DNA of 61,449 nucleotides, from assembly GCA_038844785.1 (NCBI GenBank), contig JAWBRA010000011.1:1-61449 (forward strand). Reading direction: 5' to 3'. Source of the stretch: Candidatus Caldarchaeum sp. (GTDB lineage Archaea; Thermoproteota; Nitrososphaeria_A; Caldarchaeales; Caldarchaeaceae). Positions within the stretch are counted from its first letter, which is position 1, and every line of letters begins with the position of its first letter. The notes below the pieces were generated by a model that worked only from the letters and a program-made list of their open reading frames with translations, ran no database searches and was not told where the DNA came from. Position numbers and translations under genes: made by a program. Shown here one piece after another: positions 31,836 to 41,070 of this stretch.

Positions 31836-31872
31836 GGCCTAAGGAGGTGTGGTTGACGTTTAAGTCTTTCCC

Positions 31873-32550
31873 TCATCCAACCACCTGCTCAGCTGTGCAG
31901 AGAACCCTTGAAACGACAACCCACGCCTCTAGAGGCTTTTCATACAGGGAGACATGTATCTCGGCAAGCCTTTCTGTCTCGGGCGAGAAGTCTCCGTGCG
32001 GAAAACATCCCACCATCACCAGAGGCCTTGGTGTTCTCAAAAGTGTTTGTAGGCTGGAGGCTGTACGAGGGTCTGCTTTTTCCGAAAGCAGAATACGCGT
32101 TGTTGGCTTCAGCCTTTCGACAAGCTCTTCCAACGACCCTTTCTCCAGCCTCATCAAAACCTGGCCCGAATCAGACACGATAACACCTTTCTCGAAGAGC
32201 TGTTCGAAAACACCTTTGAACCGTTCATATACTCTCGGAAGCCTGACAGTGGGGTTGACATGGACTATTAGGCCGTCGCGCGTGACAACGTAGGTTTCAA
32301 GCAGTCCTTTCATGTTGAGAGGCGACCCCAAGGCCTCCAGAAGCGAGAAATGAACTATGTCAGGTCTTCCACGTTTCTGGCCGTCTTTTAACGTTTTCAT
32401 AGCCCAGTGATGGTATGACCTGTCCAGCAAAACCTGGGACGGCTTTTTACCACGTCTTCCCGCATCCTTCAACACAGCTGGATGGTTTTGGATTTCCTCA
32501 GGCACAGTCTCGACAGCCGCTTCAACCAGAAGCAAGAACAGCCTCTCCAA
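31873..32550 (-). CDS. nep1: rRNA pseudouridine N1-methyltransferase Nep1/Emg1
   Basis: LLDRSYH, RGRPDIVH, RLPRVYERF and VGCFPHGDF motifs; start probably TTG 32550. Confidence 0.92.
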   Translation of the reverse strand: MERLFLLLVEAAVETVPEEIQNHPAVLKDAGRRGKKPSQVLLDRSYHHWAMKTLKDGQKRGRPDIVHFSLLEALGSPLNMKGLLETYVVTRDGLIVHVNPTVRLPRVYERFKGVFEQLFEKGVIVSDSGQVLMRLEKGSLEELVERLKPTTRILLSEKADPRTASSLQTLLRTPRPLVMVGCFPHGDFSPETERLAEIHVSLYEKPLEAWVVVSRVLCTAEQVVG

Positions 32551-32586
32551 AACCACTATAATAGACTTTGCAGCATATTGATTAAG

Positions 32587-32928
32587 TTGAGGAAGGATGT
32601 GTTGAAGAGGCTGCGGAGGAGAGCGCTTAACCACGTTAGGAAAGCCCTGGAATTCGCGGAAAAGACATATTCTGAAAGCCCGGAAAACGCGAGGAACGCT
32701 GTCAGGCTGGCCATGAAAATATGTCAGAAGAGGCGCATCCGCCTACCCCTTGAGCTGAGACGTAGGTTTTGCAGGAAATGCGCCACGCCTTTCGCCGGCA
32801 GCTCAACCTTCACGGTCAGGGTGAGGGGGAGAAGGTCTCCGCACGTCGTCGTCCGCTGCAAGGTCTGCGGCCATGTCAGAAGGTATATGATAAAGCCGGG
32901 GCAGAAGACTGAAACTAACCTAAAATAG
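32587..32928 (+). CDS. ribonuclease P protein subunit Rpp21/Rpr2
   Basis: RIRLP...RRFCRKC...VRCKVCGHVRRY; start uncertain (TTG 32587 or GTG 32599). Confidence 0.88.
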   Translation: MRKDVLKRLRRRALNHVRKALEFAEKTYSESPENARNAVRLAMKICQKRRIRLPLELRRRFCRKCATPFAGSSTFTVRVRGRRSPHVVVRCKVCGHVRRYMIKPGQKTETNLK

Positions 32929-33378
32929 ATGGCGAGACCCAACTGTTCCAGCTTGGTTGACGTAGTGCGTTCGGTGGAAGCTGAGAAGCTCATAAACAGG
33001 GTGGCCGCATACCTGAAGACAAACCAGCTCGTCAAACCCCCTCCATGGTCCATGTTCGTTAAAACCTCAGTCGCCCGGCAGGAGCCTCCTCGTAACCCTG
33101 ACTGGTGGTTTGTAAGAGCTGCTTCAATCCTTCGAAAACTCTATCTTCACGGCCCTCTCGGCGTCTCGAGGATGAGAAAGTTTTACGGCGGCAGACATAG
33201 AGGGCACATGAAGCCCCCACACTTCGCCAAAGGCAGCGGAGCCATCGTCAGGAAAATACTCCAGCAGCTCGAGAGCGCAGGACTTGTTTCAACCCAGCCT
33301 AGGAAAGGAAGGGTCTTGACGCCTGCTGGGTTTAAAGTTCTAGAGCAGGCAGCCAAAGCTCTTCAGGCGAAAAAGTAG
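32929..33378 (+). CDS. rps19e: 30S ribosomal protein S19e
   Basis: PPWSMFVKT, WWFVRAASILRK and GSGAIVRKILQQLE motifs. Confidence 0.95.
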   Translation: MARPNCSSLVDVVRSVEAEKLINRVAAYLKTNQLVKPPPWSMFVKTSVARQEPPRNPDWWFVRAASILRKLYLHGPLGVSRMRKFYGGRHRGHMKPPHFAKGSGAIVRKILQQLESAGLVSTQPRKGRVLTPAGFKVLEQAAKALQAKK

Positions 33379-33609
33379 TCACGACCAGTATCGCAACAAA
33401 AGATAGATGGCCAGCAAGGCTATTATGAGTATCGGTGAAGTTCCCACATAGAGTCCGTCCAACCGAACTCCAACGAGCAGCAGCGGATGAATTCTTTCAA
33501 CGTCTTTAAAATATCGCGCTACCAGAGGTATGACTATGAAAGCTAACCCGATCAAAATGAACACGATTCCTAAGAGTGTTGTCCAGCTGAAGAAAGCGTT
33601 CTGCCCCAT
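33379..33609 (-). CDS. small membrane protein
   Basis: 76 aa from ATG 33609, with 2 TMs and a TSPILI motif; follows the PRTase gene. Confidence 0.65.
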   Translation of the reverse strand: MGQNAFFSWTTLLGIVFILIGLAFIVIPLVARYFKDVERIHPLLLVGVRLDGLYVGTSPILIIALLAIYLLLRYWS

Positions 33610-33611
33610 CC

Positions 33612-34250
33612 TCACATCCCCCTGCTCTTCCTCAATATTTCCTTGACTTCTTCGTCTGAAAGCTGTTCGAAGCTTTCGTAGAACTGGCCTATAGCGTAAA
33701 ACTCGATGGGTGTCTCGAGGCATACGATATCGTCGGCGAGCTTCTTCAGCTTCTCCAGGGTCTCTGGAGGGGAGACGGGCACCGCGACAATTACTTTTTC
33801 CGCGCCGCTGTTCCGGGCCATGTGAACCGCTGCTTTCATCGTCAACCCGGTAGCCAAGCCGTCGTCAACCAGTATGACCGTCTTACCTTTAAGCTCAGGC
33901 ATTGCTCTTCCACCCCTGTAGGCTTCAGCCCTCCGCCTCACCTCCCTATCCTCCTCCAAAGCTTTCCTCTGGACATATTCTTTCGAAACGCCTACGATGC
34001 TCGCTATCTCTTCGTCAACGAAGACTGTCCCGTCTTCGGCTACTGCTCCAACCGCCAGCTCAGGCTGGCCTGGGGCGCCGACCTTCCGCGAGATCACAAC
34101 ATCCAGCGGGCAGTTCAGCTCCTTCGCCACCTCATAACCCACAACAACACCTCCCCGGGGGATGGCCAGAACGACGCAGTCTCCCTGTATCTTTTTCCTG
34201 AGCTGTTTGGCTAGACGGCGGCCCGCGTCAACACGGTCGTGGAAAAGCAA
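33612..34250 (-). CDS. phosphoribosyltransferase family protein
   Basis: FHDRVDAG, IPRGG and VDDGLATG motifs. Confidence 0.92.
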   Translation of the reverse strand: MLFHDRVDAGRRLAKQLRKKIQGDCVVLAIPRGGVVVGYEVAKELNCPLDVVISRKVGAPGQPELAVGAVAEDGTVFVDEEIASIVGVSKEYVQRKALEEDREVRRRAEAYRGGRAMPELKGKTVILVDDGLATGLTMKAAVHMARNSGAEKVIVAVPVSPPETLEKLKKLADDIVCLETPIEFYAIGQFYESFEQLSDEEVKEILRKSRGM

Positions 34251-34277
34251 CCCAGCATTTACTACGATGACCCGTTT

Positions 34278-35909
34278 TTAGATGTTTCGCCAGAAGATGA
34301 CGAGGAACCAAGCCATCAAAGCCATGATAACACCCGTCAACGACAGCACGTTGCTTCCTGCGTAAAAGAGTGTTGGAAGGCTTAATTCATAGCCCTCGAG
34401 CCTTATAGAGTAGGGCTTTCCCGTCACAGGGTTGATCATCCTCTCGACGGGCGCGTAGCTGTCCGTCAGCAGAGGATATTCATCGAGAGAGGGTATGGCC
34501 GTCCACCGGTTTGTTATAATTTTCTCAGCCAGCCAAACGTCCTTCACCTTTTCCACCGCTTCGTCGAGGTTGCAGGAGGTTGAGACGCAGGCGACTAGAA
34601 TTATGTTTTGAACGAAGCTGCTCGGGTACTCCGAAGCCTTGAAAACATACAGCTTTGGAAAGACCTGGCCAACAGTCTTGTACTCAGACCAGAATATCTC
34701 CGACGTGTCGCCAGTCAGAGAAGCTATTAGGTTGGAGATCAAAACCCCTTCTTCAGACATCCTGGATTTGAGAATGCTGTAGAACTCGACGGTCATGAGG
34801 TGGAATGGTACGTATGTTTTGGCGTATGCGTCGAGAACAACCACATCGTATGTCGATTCAGCATGCTGGAGAAAGCTTCTCCCATCCTCAACGAACACCC
34901 GCAGCCTTTCGTCGTCGGGTAGTCTGAAAAACTTCCTGGCTGTATCGACCACGTCGGGGTCAAGCTCAACGACGTCAACCTTAAGGCCTGGATAGTTTTT
35001 CAGAAAATATTTTGGGCCTGAGAAGCCGCCGCCTCCTATGAAAAGGGTTTTTGAAGGTTCTGGTGTCAGAGCTAACCCCAGCTCGAAAAAACGTGTGTAG
35101 GGGAAGAGAAGGACATATGGGTCTTGGAGAGACATGGCGCTGTGTGGAAGGCCGTTCAAGTAAAGCGTCAAGACATCCTCTTGCCTCACAACTGCAAGAC
35201 TGTTGTAAAGCGTTTCCTTTGCATACACAACTTCACCACCTGTAGCTGCGATGGACTGAGCCACATACCCCGAAGGGGTGAGGACGATGATTAACAGGGT
35301 TGCCGTTAAAGCCTTAGCCGTCTTAGGCAGATAGACGGCGGAAACAACCATGAGCAACGCCCCGCTCCCAAGAATCACCGTCCTTATGTCTATGTATGGT
35401 ATTAGGACGAAGACGGTGAGGAAAGTGCCTAGGATGCTTCCAACTGTCGAAAGCGAGTAGACATCTCCTGCCGAGGCTCCTACCCTGCTGCGGGCTAGGG
35501 ATAAGAGCTTGATCGCGTAGGGCGAGACCATGCCGAGAGGAAGTGTCGGAGGCGCAATAAGCAGAAGTGTTGCGAGGAGGGGCCCTGCCTTCTCATCAAG
35601 CCTTAGGCCCGCGACAGCTTCGAGAACGCTGGGTGAGAGGTAGGGGATTGAAAAGGTGAGGATTCCCGCTGTGAAAACTATGGCTGCCAAAGTCCTGAAA
35701 GTCGGCGACCTGTCAGCCAGCCTCCCCCCAAGCCAGTAGCCCGCAGAAAGAGATGTCAGAACCACGCCGATGAGGCTTCCCCAGACAAATATCGTGTTCC
35801 CGAAGATGGGTGCAAGAATCCTGCTGGACGCCAGCTCAAGACACATCACTACAGCCCCCGAAGACAGCACGAGAACCGACAACCCCAAAAATCTCAAGCC
35901 AGCTAACAC
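34278..35909 (-). CDS. fused membrane domain / spermidine synthase-like methyltransferase
   Basis: N-terminal TMs (ELASSR..P.FG), followed by IGGGG, VELDP and VLDAY motifs. Confidence 0.88.
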   Translation of the reverse strand: MLAGLRFLGLSVLVLSSGAVVMCLELASSRILAPIFGNTIFVWGSLIGVVLTSLSAGYWLGGRLADRSPTFRTLAAIVFTAGILTFSIPYLSPSVLEAVAGLRLDEKAGPLLATLLLIAPPTLPLGMVSPYAIKLLSLARSRVGASAGDVYSLSTVGSILGTFLTVFVLIPYIDIRTVILGSGALLMVVSAVYLPKTAKALTATLLIIVLTPSGYVAQSIAATGGEVVYAKETLYNSLAVVRQEDVLTLYLNGLPHSAMSLQDPYVLLFPYTRFFELGLALTPEPSKTLFIGGGGFSGPKYFLKNYPGLKVDVVELDPDVVDTARKFFRLPDDERLRVFVEDGRSFLQHAESTYDVVVLDAYAKTYVPFHLMTVEFYSILKSRMSEEGVLISNLIASLTGDTSEIFWSEYKTVGQVFPKLYVFKASEYPSSFVQNIILVACVSTSCNLDEAVEKVKDVWLAEKIITNRWTAIPSLDEYPLLTDSYAPVERMINPVTGKPYSIRLEGYELSLPTLFYAGSNVLSLTGVIMALMAWFLVIFWRNI

Positions 35910-36037
35910 TCCATAAAACGCTTAAATTAACGTTTGTCCCATGACCAGCAAAACACTAACGTTGGCCGCCGTCAGCCAAACCTACCCCTTCCCATACCAC
36001 ATGCTAACGTTTATCAAATGCTTTAACTACTGTCGGG

Positions 36038-36256
36038 GTGAAAAAGATGGGCGAGCCCTTCTTAGAGTCTAGGATAATGTACCAGTGTGTTAAATGCGGC
36101 AGGGTGTTTGAAAAAGAGAAGCTGACCAGGATAGCTGAGACGCAGTGCCCGTTCTGCGGCTACAACGTGATAAAAAAAGCAAAATCGCCTACAGCTAAGT
36201 TGATCAAAACATCGGAGCTGGGAAAGGACAGTTCAGTATCATTTTTCGAAAGCTGA
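36038..36256 (+). CDS. rpoP: DNA-directed RNA polymerase subunit Rpo12 (P)
   Basis: YQCVKCG...CPFCGYNVIKK zinc ribbon. Confidence 0.8.
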   Translation: MKKMGEPFLESRIMYQCVKCGRVFEKEKLTRIAETQCPFCGYNVIKKAKSPTAKLIKTSELGKDSSVSFFES

Positions 36257-36362
36257 TTCAATTACGGGCGTAACATCCTCGGCATACGCAGAGATGGCTC
36301 CTGCCATTTGACCTTCAAAAACGTAAAGCTTAGCCAGCGGACGATGTCTGCAGTGTCGGCGT

Positions 36363-37109
36363 ATGTTGGCCGAAACCGGCTGGCTGTCTTCTCAAGCGGT
36401 TTGGCTTGTTGGCTTAACGGGTCTTCTCGTGGTGGTAAGGCTTGTTCTCGGACCTTTGGCGGACATCGTCTCACCGAGGCTTGGAGGTTTTTTACGATTG
36501 GCTGCAACAGCTTCGTTGGCGGCTGTTTACAGCATGAACGTCTTCGAGATTCTCCAAACACATCCCGCCTACGGAGTTTTGTTTGCTGCAGGAGCGTTAA
36601 CGCTCGCCGCCTTAGGCTTCAAGCCTGTTAAGCAGGTTTTTGTCGGCGACATGCTGAAGGCTGCAGGGGTTTTGAAGGAGGGTGACTACGTGGTTATCGA
36701 CGGCCAAACAGCCAAGATAGCTGAAGTGGATGCAACTCACACGATATTGATAACCTCCGACCTCAGAAAACTGTTTGTCCCGAACGACCACTTTTTAACC
36801 AAACGGTTCGTAAACATGACCAGATCGGGTGCGGGGGTGTTGACGGTTAGGATAACCATCAACGGCAGGCAGATAAGCATGGCTGACGCGAAACTTATAC
36901 TGCTTAAAACGGGGACGGACTTGGCTAAGGGTGAGATGGCTCCCAACAGAGCTGCTGAGGTACGTGTCGAGAAGATAGAAGGCGACTATGTAACGCTGCG
37001 TCTCACGCTTTACGTGATGAATCCGGCTAAAGCAGAGGCGCTTGCCTCCCACATAATGGAGCGTGTGTACGTCAAGCTTGCGGAAGTAGCTACAGAAGCC
37101 ATGACCTAG
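36363..37109 (+). CDS. mechanosensitive channel MscS family protein
   Basis: 3 TMs followed by the GDYVVIDG...T.L.T.D...VPN beta domain. Confidence 0.78.
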   Translation: MLAETGWLSSQAVWLVGLTGLLVVVRLVLGPLADIVSPRLGGFLRLAATASLAAVYSMNVFEILQTHPAYGVLFAAGALTLAALGFKPVKQVFVGDMLKAAGVLKEGDYVVIDGQTAKIAEVDATHTILITSDLRKLFVPNDHFLTKRFVNMTRSGAGVLTVRITINGRQISMADAKLILLKTGTDLAKGEMAPNRAAEVRVEKIEGDYVTLRLTLYVMNPAKAEALASHIMERVYVKLAEVATEAMT

Positions 37110-37789
37110 TCGATTAACGGGAAAACGTTGTCAAGAATGTATTGGATAAACTGGGCCTCAGACATCCGCGAGAAGGTAACCACGACACAGTTCCTTGTGA
37201 CACCTAGAACAGCGTTAGAGCCTTTGACAGAGAAAACAAGATACCAGATCTTCCCGTGAGCCAGATATTCTTCGTACTTGCCTGTAGATATCAGTGACTC
37301 GCCGTAAAGCGCTACTTTGTCAACCCCAGGGTAGTCGAGGCTGTCGAAGAAGATGACTTTAGTTGCTTCTGGGTTGGCTTCGTGGTAGCGTTGAAGCTTT
37401 TCGGGAGGAATGCGGGCCTCGACTATGCTCCTGTAGTTGAGGAATAGATGGTGTGAGAGAACGGTTGCAACGTAGTTGGCGAAGTGCTTGTTTTGGACGA
37501 CGGTTAGAAAAACCCTGTTGCCCACTTTCCTGAAAAAGATAATGGCCTGAATAGTTTTTAACACAGGCGTGATCTGGCCTCTCTGGTTGATGTAGACCAC
37601 CTTGTCCCTTGAAAACACTCCGTAAAGTATCTCAGCCTTCATGTCCAAGTCTGTGACGTTTGTTATTAGCTCGAACTCTTTGTCACCGTGTTTCTCGTTC
37701 TCAGAGACCTTGAAGTCTTTCAGCTTGGCCGCTATCTCCTCCAGAGACGCTGGCTGTTTGACCTCAAAGATTTTAGCTGATAGAACCAA
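37106..37789 (-). CDS. hypothetical protein
   Basis: 227-aa ORF overlapping the epimerase stop, with protein-like composition. Confidence 0.75.
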   Translation of the reverse strand: MVLSAKIFEVKQPASLEEIAAKLKDFKVSENEKHGDKEFELITNVTDLDMKAEILYGVFSRDKVVYINQRGQITPVLKTIQAIIFFRKVGNRVFLTVVQNKHFANYVATVLSHHLFLNYRSIVEARIPPEKLQRYHEANPEATKVIFFDSLDYPGVDKVALYGESLISTGKYEEYLAHGKIWYLVFSVKGSNAVLGVTRNCVVVTFSRMSEAQFIQYILDNVFPLID

Positions 37790-38708
37790 GGTTCACTGCA
37801 CCCTTGGCTCTTTCTTCGATGTAGGTTTTAAGATTACGCTTGGGCTTGAAACCAAGCTTTTCCCCAGCTTTTGTGATGTCTGCGACGCTGTACCGGATGT
37901 CCACATCTCTAGCAGGATGATATACTATGTTTGAGGCATCTCTGCCGAATGATTTAAGGATGTGTTGAGCTAGCTCGGCTACCGAGATGCCTGTACCAGA
38001 CCCTATGTTATAGACGTCGTATCCACGGCCTGTTTTCTCAACTGCGGCATAAACAGCGTCTGCCACATCATCCACGTGGATAAAATCTCTGACCTGCTTC
38101 CCGTCACCGTATATCTTTAAAGGCCTGCCTGAAACTATGTCGTCGATAAACCGGTCTACGACGCCTAGATAGCCTTTTCCAACCCATGTCCTGCCGTAGA
38201 CGTTGAATATCCTCAGCACAGCGGCTTTCACCCCCCTCTCCTCGCTTAAACATCTTAGGATAGTCTCGCCAAGCAGTTTGGTATGCCCGTAGACGGAAGC
38301 AGGCTTTGTGGCGGATGTTTCCGAATGTTTGCCATCCACTCCATAGACGGCTGCAGAAGAGGAAAAAACTATTACCTCCACACCAGCTTCTAAACAGGTT
38401 TTGGCGACGTTTTCAACACCCTTGACGTTGACGTCGAAAGCTTTCACGACATTTTCTTCACAGACTTGGACAGACGACACGGCGGCGAGATGGACCACTG
38501 CCTCGGCATTCTTAAACAACCCGTCAAGTCCTTCCCTTAACGTAACATCGTGTACCACTACCTCGAGGCTTGGATGCTTTGGCAGGTTCTTCCTCTCGCC
38601 TGTTGAAAAGTCGTCCACAACGGTAACGCTCCACCCATCCTCAAGAAACCTACGTACAACTCGGGAGCCGATGAATCCTGCCCCGCCTGTCACAACAACC
38701 TTACTCAA
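37773..38708 (-). CDS. NAD-dependent epimerase/dehydratase (UDP-glucose 4-epimerase-like)
   Basis: VTGGAGFIG, SSAAVYG, YGHTK and RDFIHV motifs. Confidence 0.93.
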   Translation of the reverse strand: MSKVVVTGGAGFIGSRVVRRFLEDGWSVTVVDDFSTGERKNLPKHPSLEVVVHDVTLREGLDGLFKNAEAVVHLAAVSSVQVCEENVVKAFDVNVKGVENVAKTCLEAGVEVIVFSSSAAVYGVDGKHSETSATKPASVYGHTKLLGETILRCLSEERGVKAAVLRIFNVYGRTWVGKGYLGVVDRFIDDIVSGRPLKIYGDGKQVRDFIHVDDVADAVYAAVEKTGRGYDVYNIGSGTGISVAELAQHILKSFGRDASNIVYHPARDVDIRYSVADITKAGEKLGFKPKRNLKTYIEERAKGAVNLGSIS

Positions 38709-39735
38709 GCCCGTAAACCTCCAGATACTTGGGAAACACAGCCTCCCAGGAAAAATTTTCTAAAACCTTCTTGTAAGCGTTTTCCGCAAGCTTTTCGGCA
38801 AACCGTTTGTCGGCCAGTACCTTCGATATTGCTTCTACAAGGGTTTGTGTGTTCCCCGGTTCGACTAGAACACCTGTGTAGCCGTTTTCAACAAGCTCTG
38901 CGTTGCCGCCTACATCGGTTGCTACCACAGGTGTTTTGCAAGCCATGGCTTCAAGCACAACAGTGCTGAGCCCCTCCGCGAGCGACGGAAGAACCAGCAG
39001 GTCTGAGCCGGCTATGTAGCTGAGAGCCTTGTCATGGCGAACCTCGCCAGTGAAGACAACGTTCCCCAAGCCTTTTGAAAGGCTTTTAAGTCTGTAAAAA
39101 TCAGGCCCGCCTCCAACTATCACGAAAGTGGCTTCAGGCAGCTGACGTGCCACCGCCAACAAAGCATCCACGTTTTTCTCCTTTGAAAGCCTTCCAACGT
39201 AGACGATTTGAGGCCTCCAAATCCTAATTCCCTCAATTCTGCTGTCAGGGATTTCAACGGCGTTGGGTATGTAAGCTGTTTTAAACCCCATCCTTTTGTA
39301 GAATGAAGCAGCCCCTCGTGAAACAGTAGTAACCAAGTCAGCCCATCTGAGAAAAACCTTCTCGAAGAAGGCTGTAGCCCTGCCTAAAACAGCTCCATGC
39401 AGAAACCCTACCTGCATGGCGTATACGCCGTGAAGTGTTAGGATTCTTCTGTCCGCTCGCATGGTCTTCATGGCTAGTGCTGAAGGCAGGTTGTGGGCGT
39501 GGACGACGCGCGTTCTGTAGAAGCATGCTTTGAGGCTGGAGGTAGCCATAAACGACGGGTTTTTGAGACCTTTAACCCCTAGAACAGGCGTGTTCTCCGA
39601 CGATATCACCGCCACTTTGTAGCCCTTTTTAACAAGCCTGGAAGCAAGGCCCGAAACATGCCTTGCTATCCCACCCATCCCAACGCTCGTCGGCGAAACA
39701 AGCACTACGTCATACTCCGTCCTCAATCCAGCCAC
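38701..39735 (-). CDS. glycosyltransferase family 4
   Basis: GGIARH, YVGRLSKEK, EGLSTVVLEAMA and TDVGG motifs; start uncertain. Confidence 0.9.
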   Translation of the reverse strand: MAGLRTEYDVVLVSPTSVGMGGIARHVSGLASRLVKKGYKVAVISSENTPVLGVKGLKNPSFMATSSLKACFYRTRVVHAHNLPSALAMKTMRADRRILTLHGVYAMQVGFLHGAVLGRATAFFEKVFLRWADLVTTVSRGAASFYKRMGFKTAYIPNAVEIPDSRIEGIRIWRPQIVYVGRLSKEKNVDALLAVARQLPEATFVIVGGGPDFYRLKSLSKGLGNVVFTGEVRHDKALSYIAGSDLLVLPSLAEGLSTVVLEAMACKTPVVATDVGGNAELVENGYTGVLVEPGNTQTLVEAISKVLADKRFAEKLAENAYKKVLENFSWEAVFPKYLEVYGLE

Positions 39736-39799
39736 CGAACCCACGCCTTCTTTACCTTTAAATCTGTGCAGGGTTTTGGAAAGATCTGGTGAAGGTGTT

Positions 39800-40045
39800 C
39801 TGGGGAAGGTCAGAACACGCAAAATAAAGACTCTCGCCAAAGAGATTAAAGAGAACCATCCCGACAGAGTTTCGACAAGCTTTGAAGAAAACAAAAAACT
39901 TGTCAGGGAGGTGCTTGAGGGAAGATTTTCGAAAAAGCTTGCAAACAGGATTGCAGGCTATCTTGTGGCGTTGAAGAAGCTTGAGCTTAAGACTCAGAAA
40001 GCCTCTCAAGCCGAGTCCGCCGAACCGTCAACGCCTCAACCTTAA
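39800..40045 (+). CDS. rps17e: 30S ribosomal protein S17e
   Basis: GKVRT...FEENK...SKKLANRIAGYL; the homologous start codon is CTG at 39800. Confidence 0.92.
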   Translation: MGKVRTRKIKTLAKEIKENHPDRVSTSFEENKKLVREVLEGRFSKKLANRIAGYLVALKKLELKTQKASQAESAEPSTPQP

Positions 40046-40993
40046 CGCCAAGACCACCACGATAACCACGACTATTAACGCAGCTATAGGTATAAGGATG
40101 TCTAAGGCTGGTGCTTGAGATGGCTGTGTAGGAGTTTGAATGGTTGTCTGAGGATGTGTGGTGACGGCTGTCGTAGGCGTCGGTGACGTTGTGGTTGGTG
40201 ACGTGGTCTTCTGGAGGGTTATGACAGTTATGATGGTCTCAGTTCTCGTCGTCCCCGGAACAACCTCAGTCTTTCTTAAAGTGGTAGGGCTGATAACCTC
40301 TGTCGTGGTGAAAAACGTGCCTGGAAAAGTCTGTGTACGCCTTTCAGTAGTTCCTTGAACCGTTCTAATTCCCGTCGTTGTCAACGTGACTGTGGGGAGC
40401 ATGCCTGTCAAGGTGAATGTCGTTCCGGCAAAGGATGTGGAAAACCCTCCAAACGCCACCATCACGGTGGCTGGAACCGTTTGAAGGATGTAGGACAGTA
40501 TATCGGTGATTGTTATGATGTTACATATTTCCCGGATTTGGCCGTAGACGGGCAGCGTCATGGTGAAGCCGCCAATGACTACAGGCATGTTTTCAAGACC
40601 TGTTCGGGTCACCGTTGTCCCTCCTTCAACCCGTGTTACGGTTGTCTCATAGCTTTGTTGGGTGAAAACAGTGCTGAAAGTTGTTCCTGGAATAGATATC
40701 GTAGTACCTTGAATCGCTATCACTGATGGCGGGGTTTGGGCGGTGAAAGTATACGTGCAGACTTGGTCGGGGTTCCTCATCTCAACCACCAAAACAAAGC
40801 CGGGAACCTGCACGGTGGCTATGATTGTCGTGCCTGAGATTGTTGTCTCCGTGGTGTAGGTGGTAGGCTGAACTGTTATCACACGTGTGACGGTTGTCGT
40901 GATCACGGCTTGACTGTGAACATAACCTGTTACGCCGATCAGAACGAGAGCAATTATACCAAACGCTTTAACCTTGGCAGAAAACGACCACAT
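40028..40993 (-). CDS. Thr-rich, membrane-anchored cell-surface protein
   Basis: Signal peptide, very high Thr content, a Thr/Pro linker, and a C-terminal TM with a basic tail. Confidence 0.78.
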   Translation of the reverse strand: MWSFSAKVKAFGIIALVLIGVTGYVHSQAVITTTVTRVITVQPTTYTTETTISGTTIIATVQVPGFVLVVEMRNPDQVCTYTFTAQTPPSVIAIQGTTISIPGTTFSTVFTQQSYETTVTRVEGGTTVTRTGLENMPVVIGGFTMTLPVYGQIREICNIITITDILSYILQTVPATVMVAFGGFSTSFAGTTFTLTGMLPTVTLTTTGIRTVQGTTERRTQTFPGTFFTTTEVISPTTLRKTEVVPGTTRTETIITVITLQKTTSPTTTSPTPTTAVTTHPQTTIQTPTQPSQAPALDILIPIAALIVVVIVVVLALRLRR

Positions 40994-41070
40994 GTCAAAG
41001 GCTTAATGCCGAGGCACAATATATGTTTTTTAAGAACAGATAAAAGCCAGACAGCGCTGGCTTAAACGGG

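Noticed and set aside
36262-36320. Tiny minus-strand ORF (MKVKWQEPSLRMPRMLRP) after rpoP
   Set aside because: Too short, with no recognisable family; it does not match the Arg/Lys-rich eL41 pattern.
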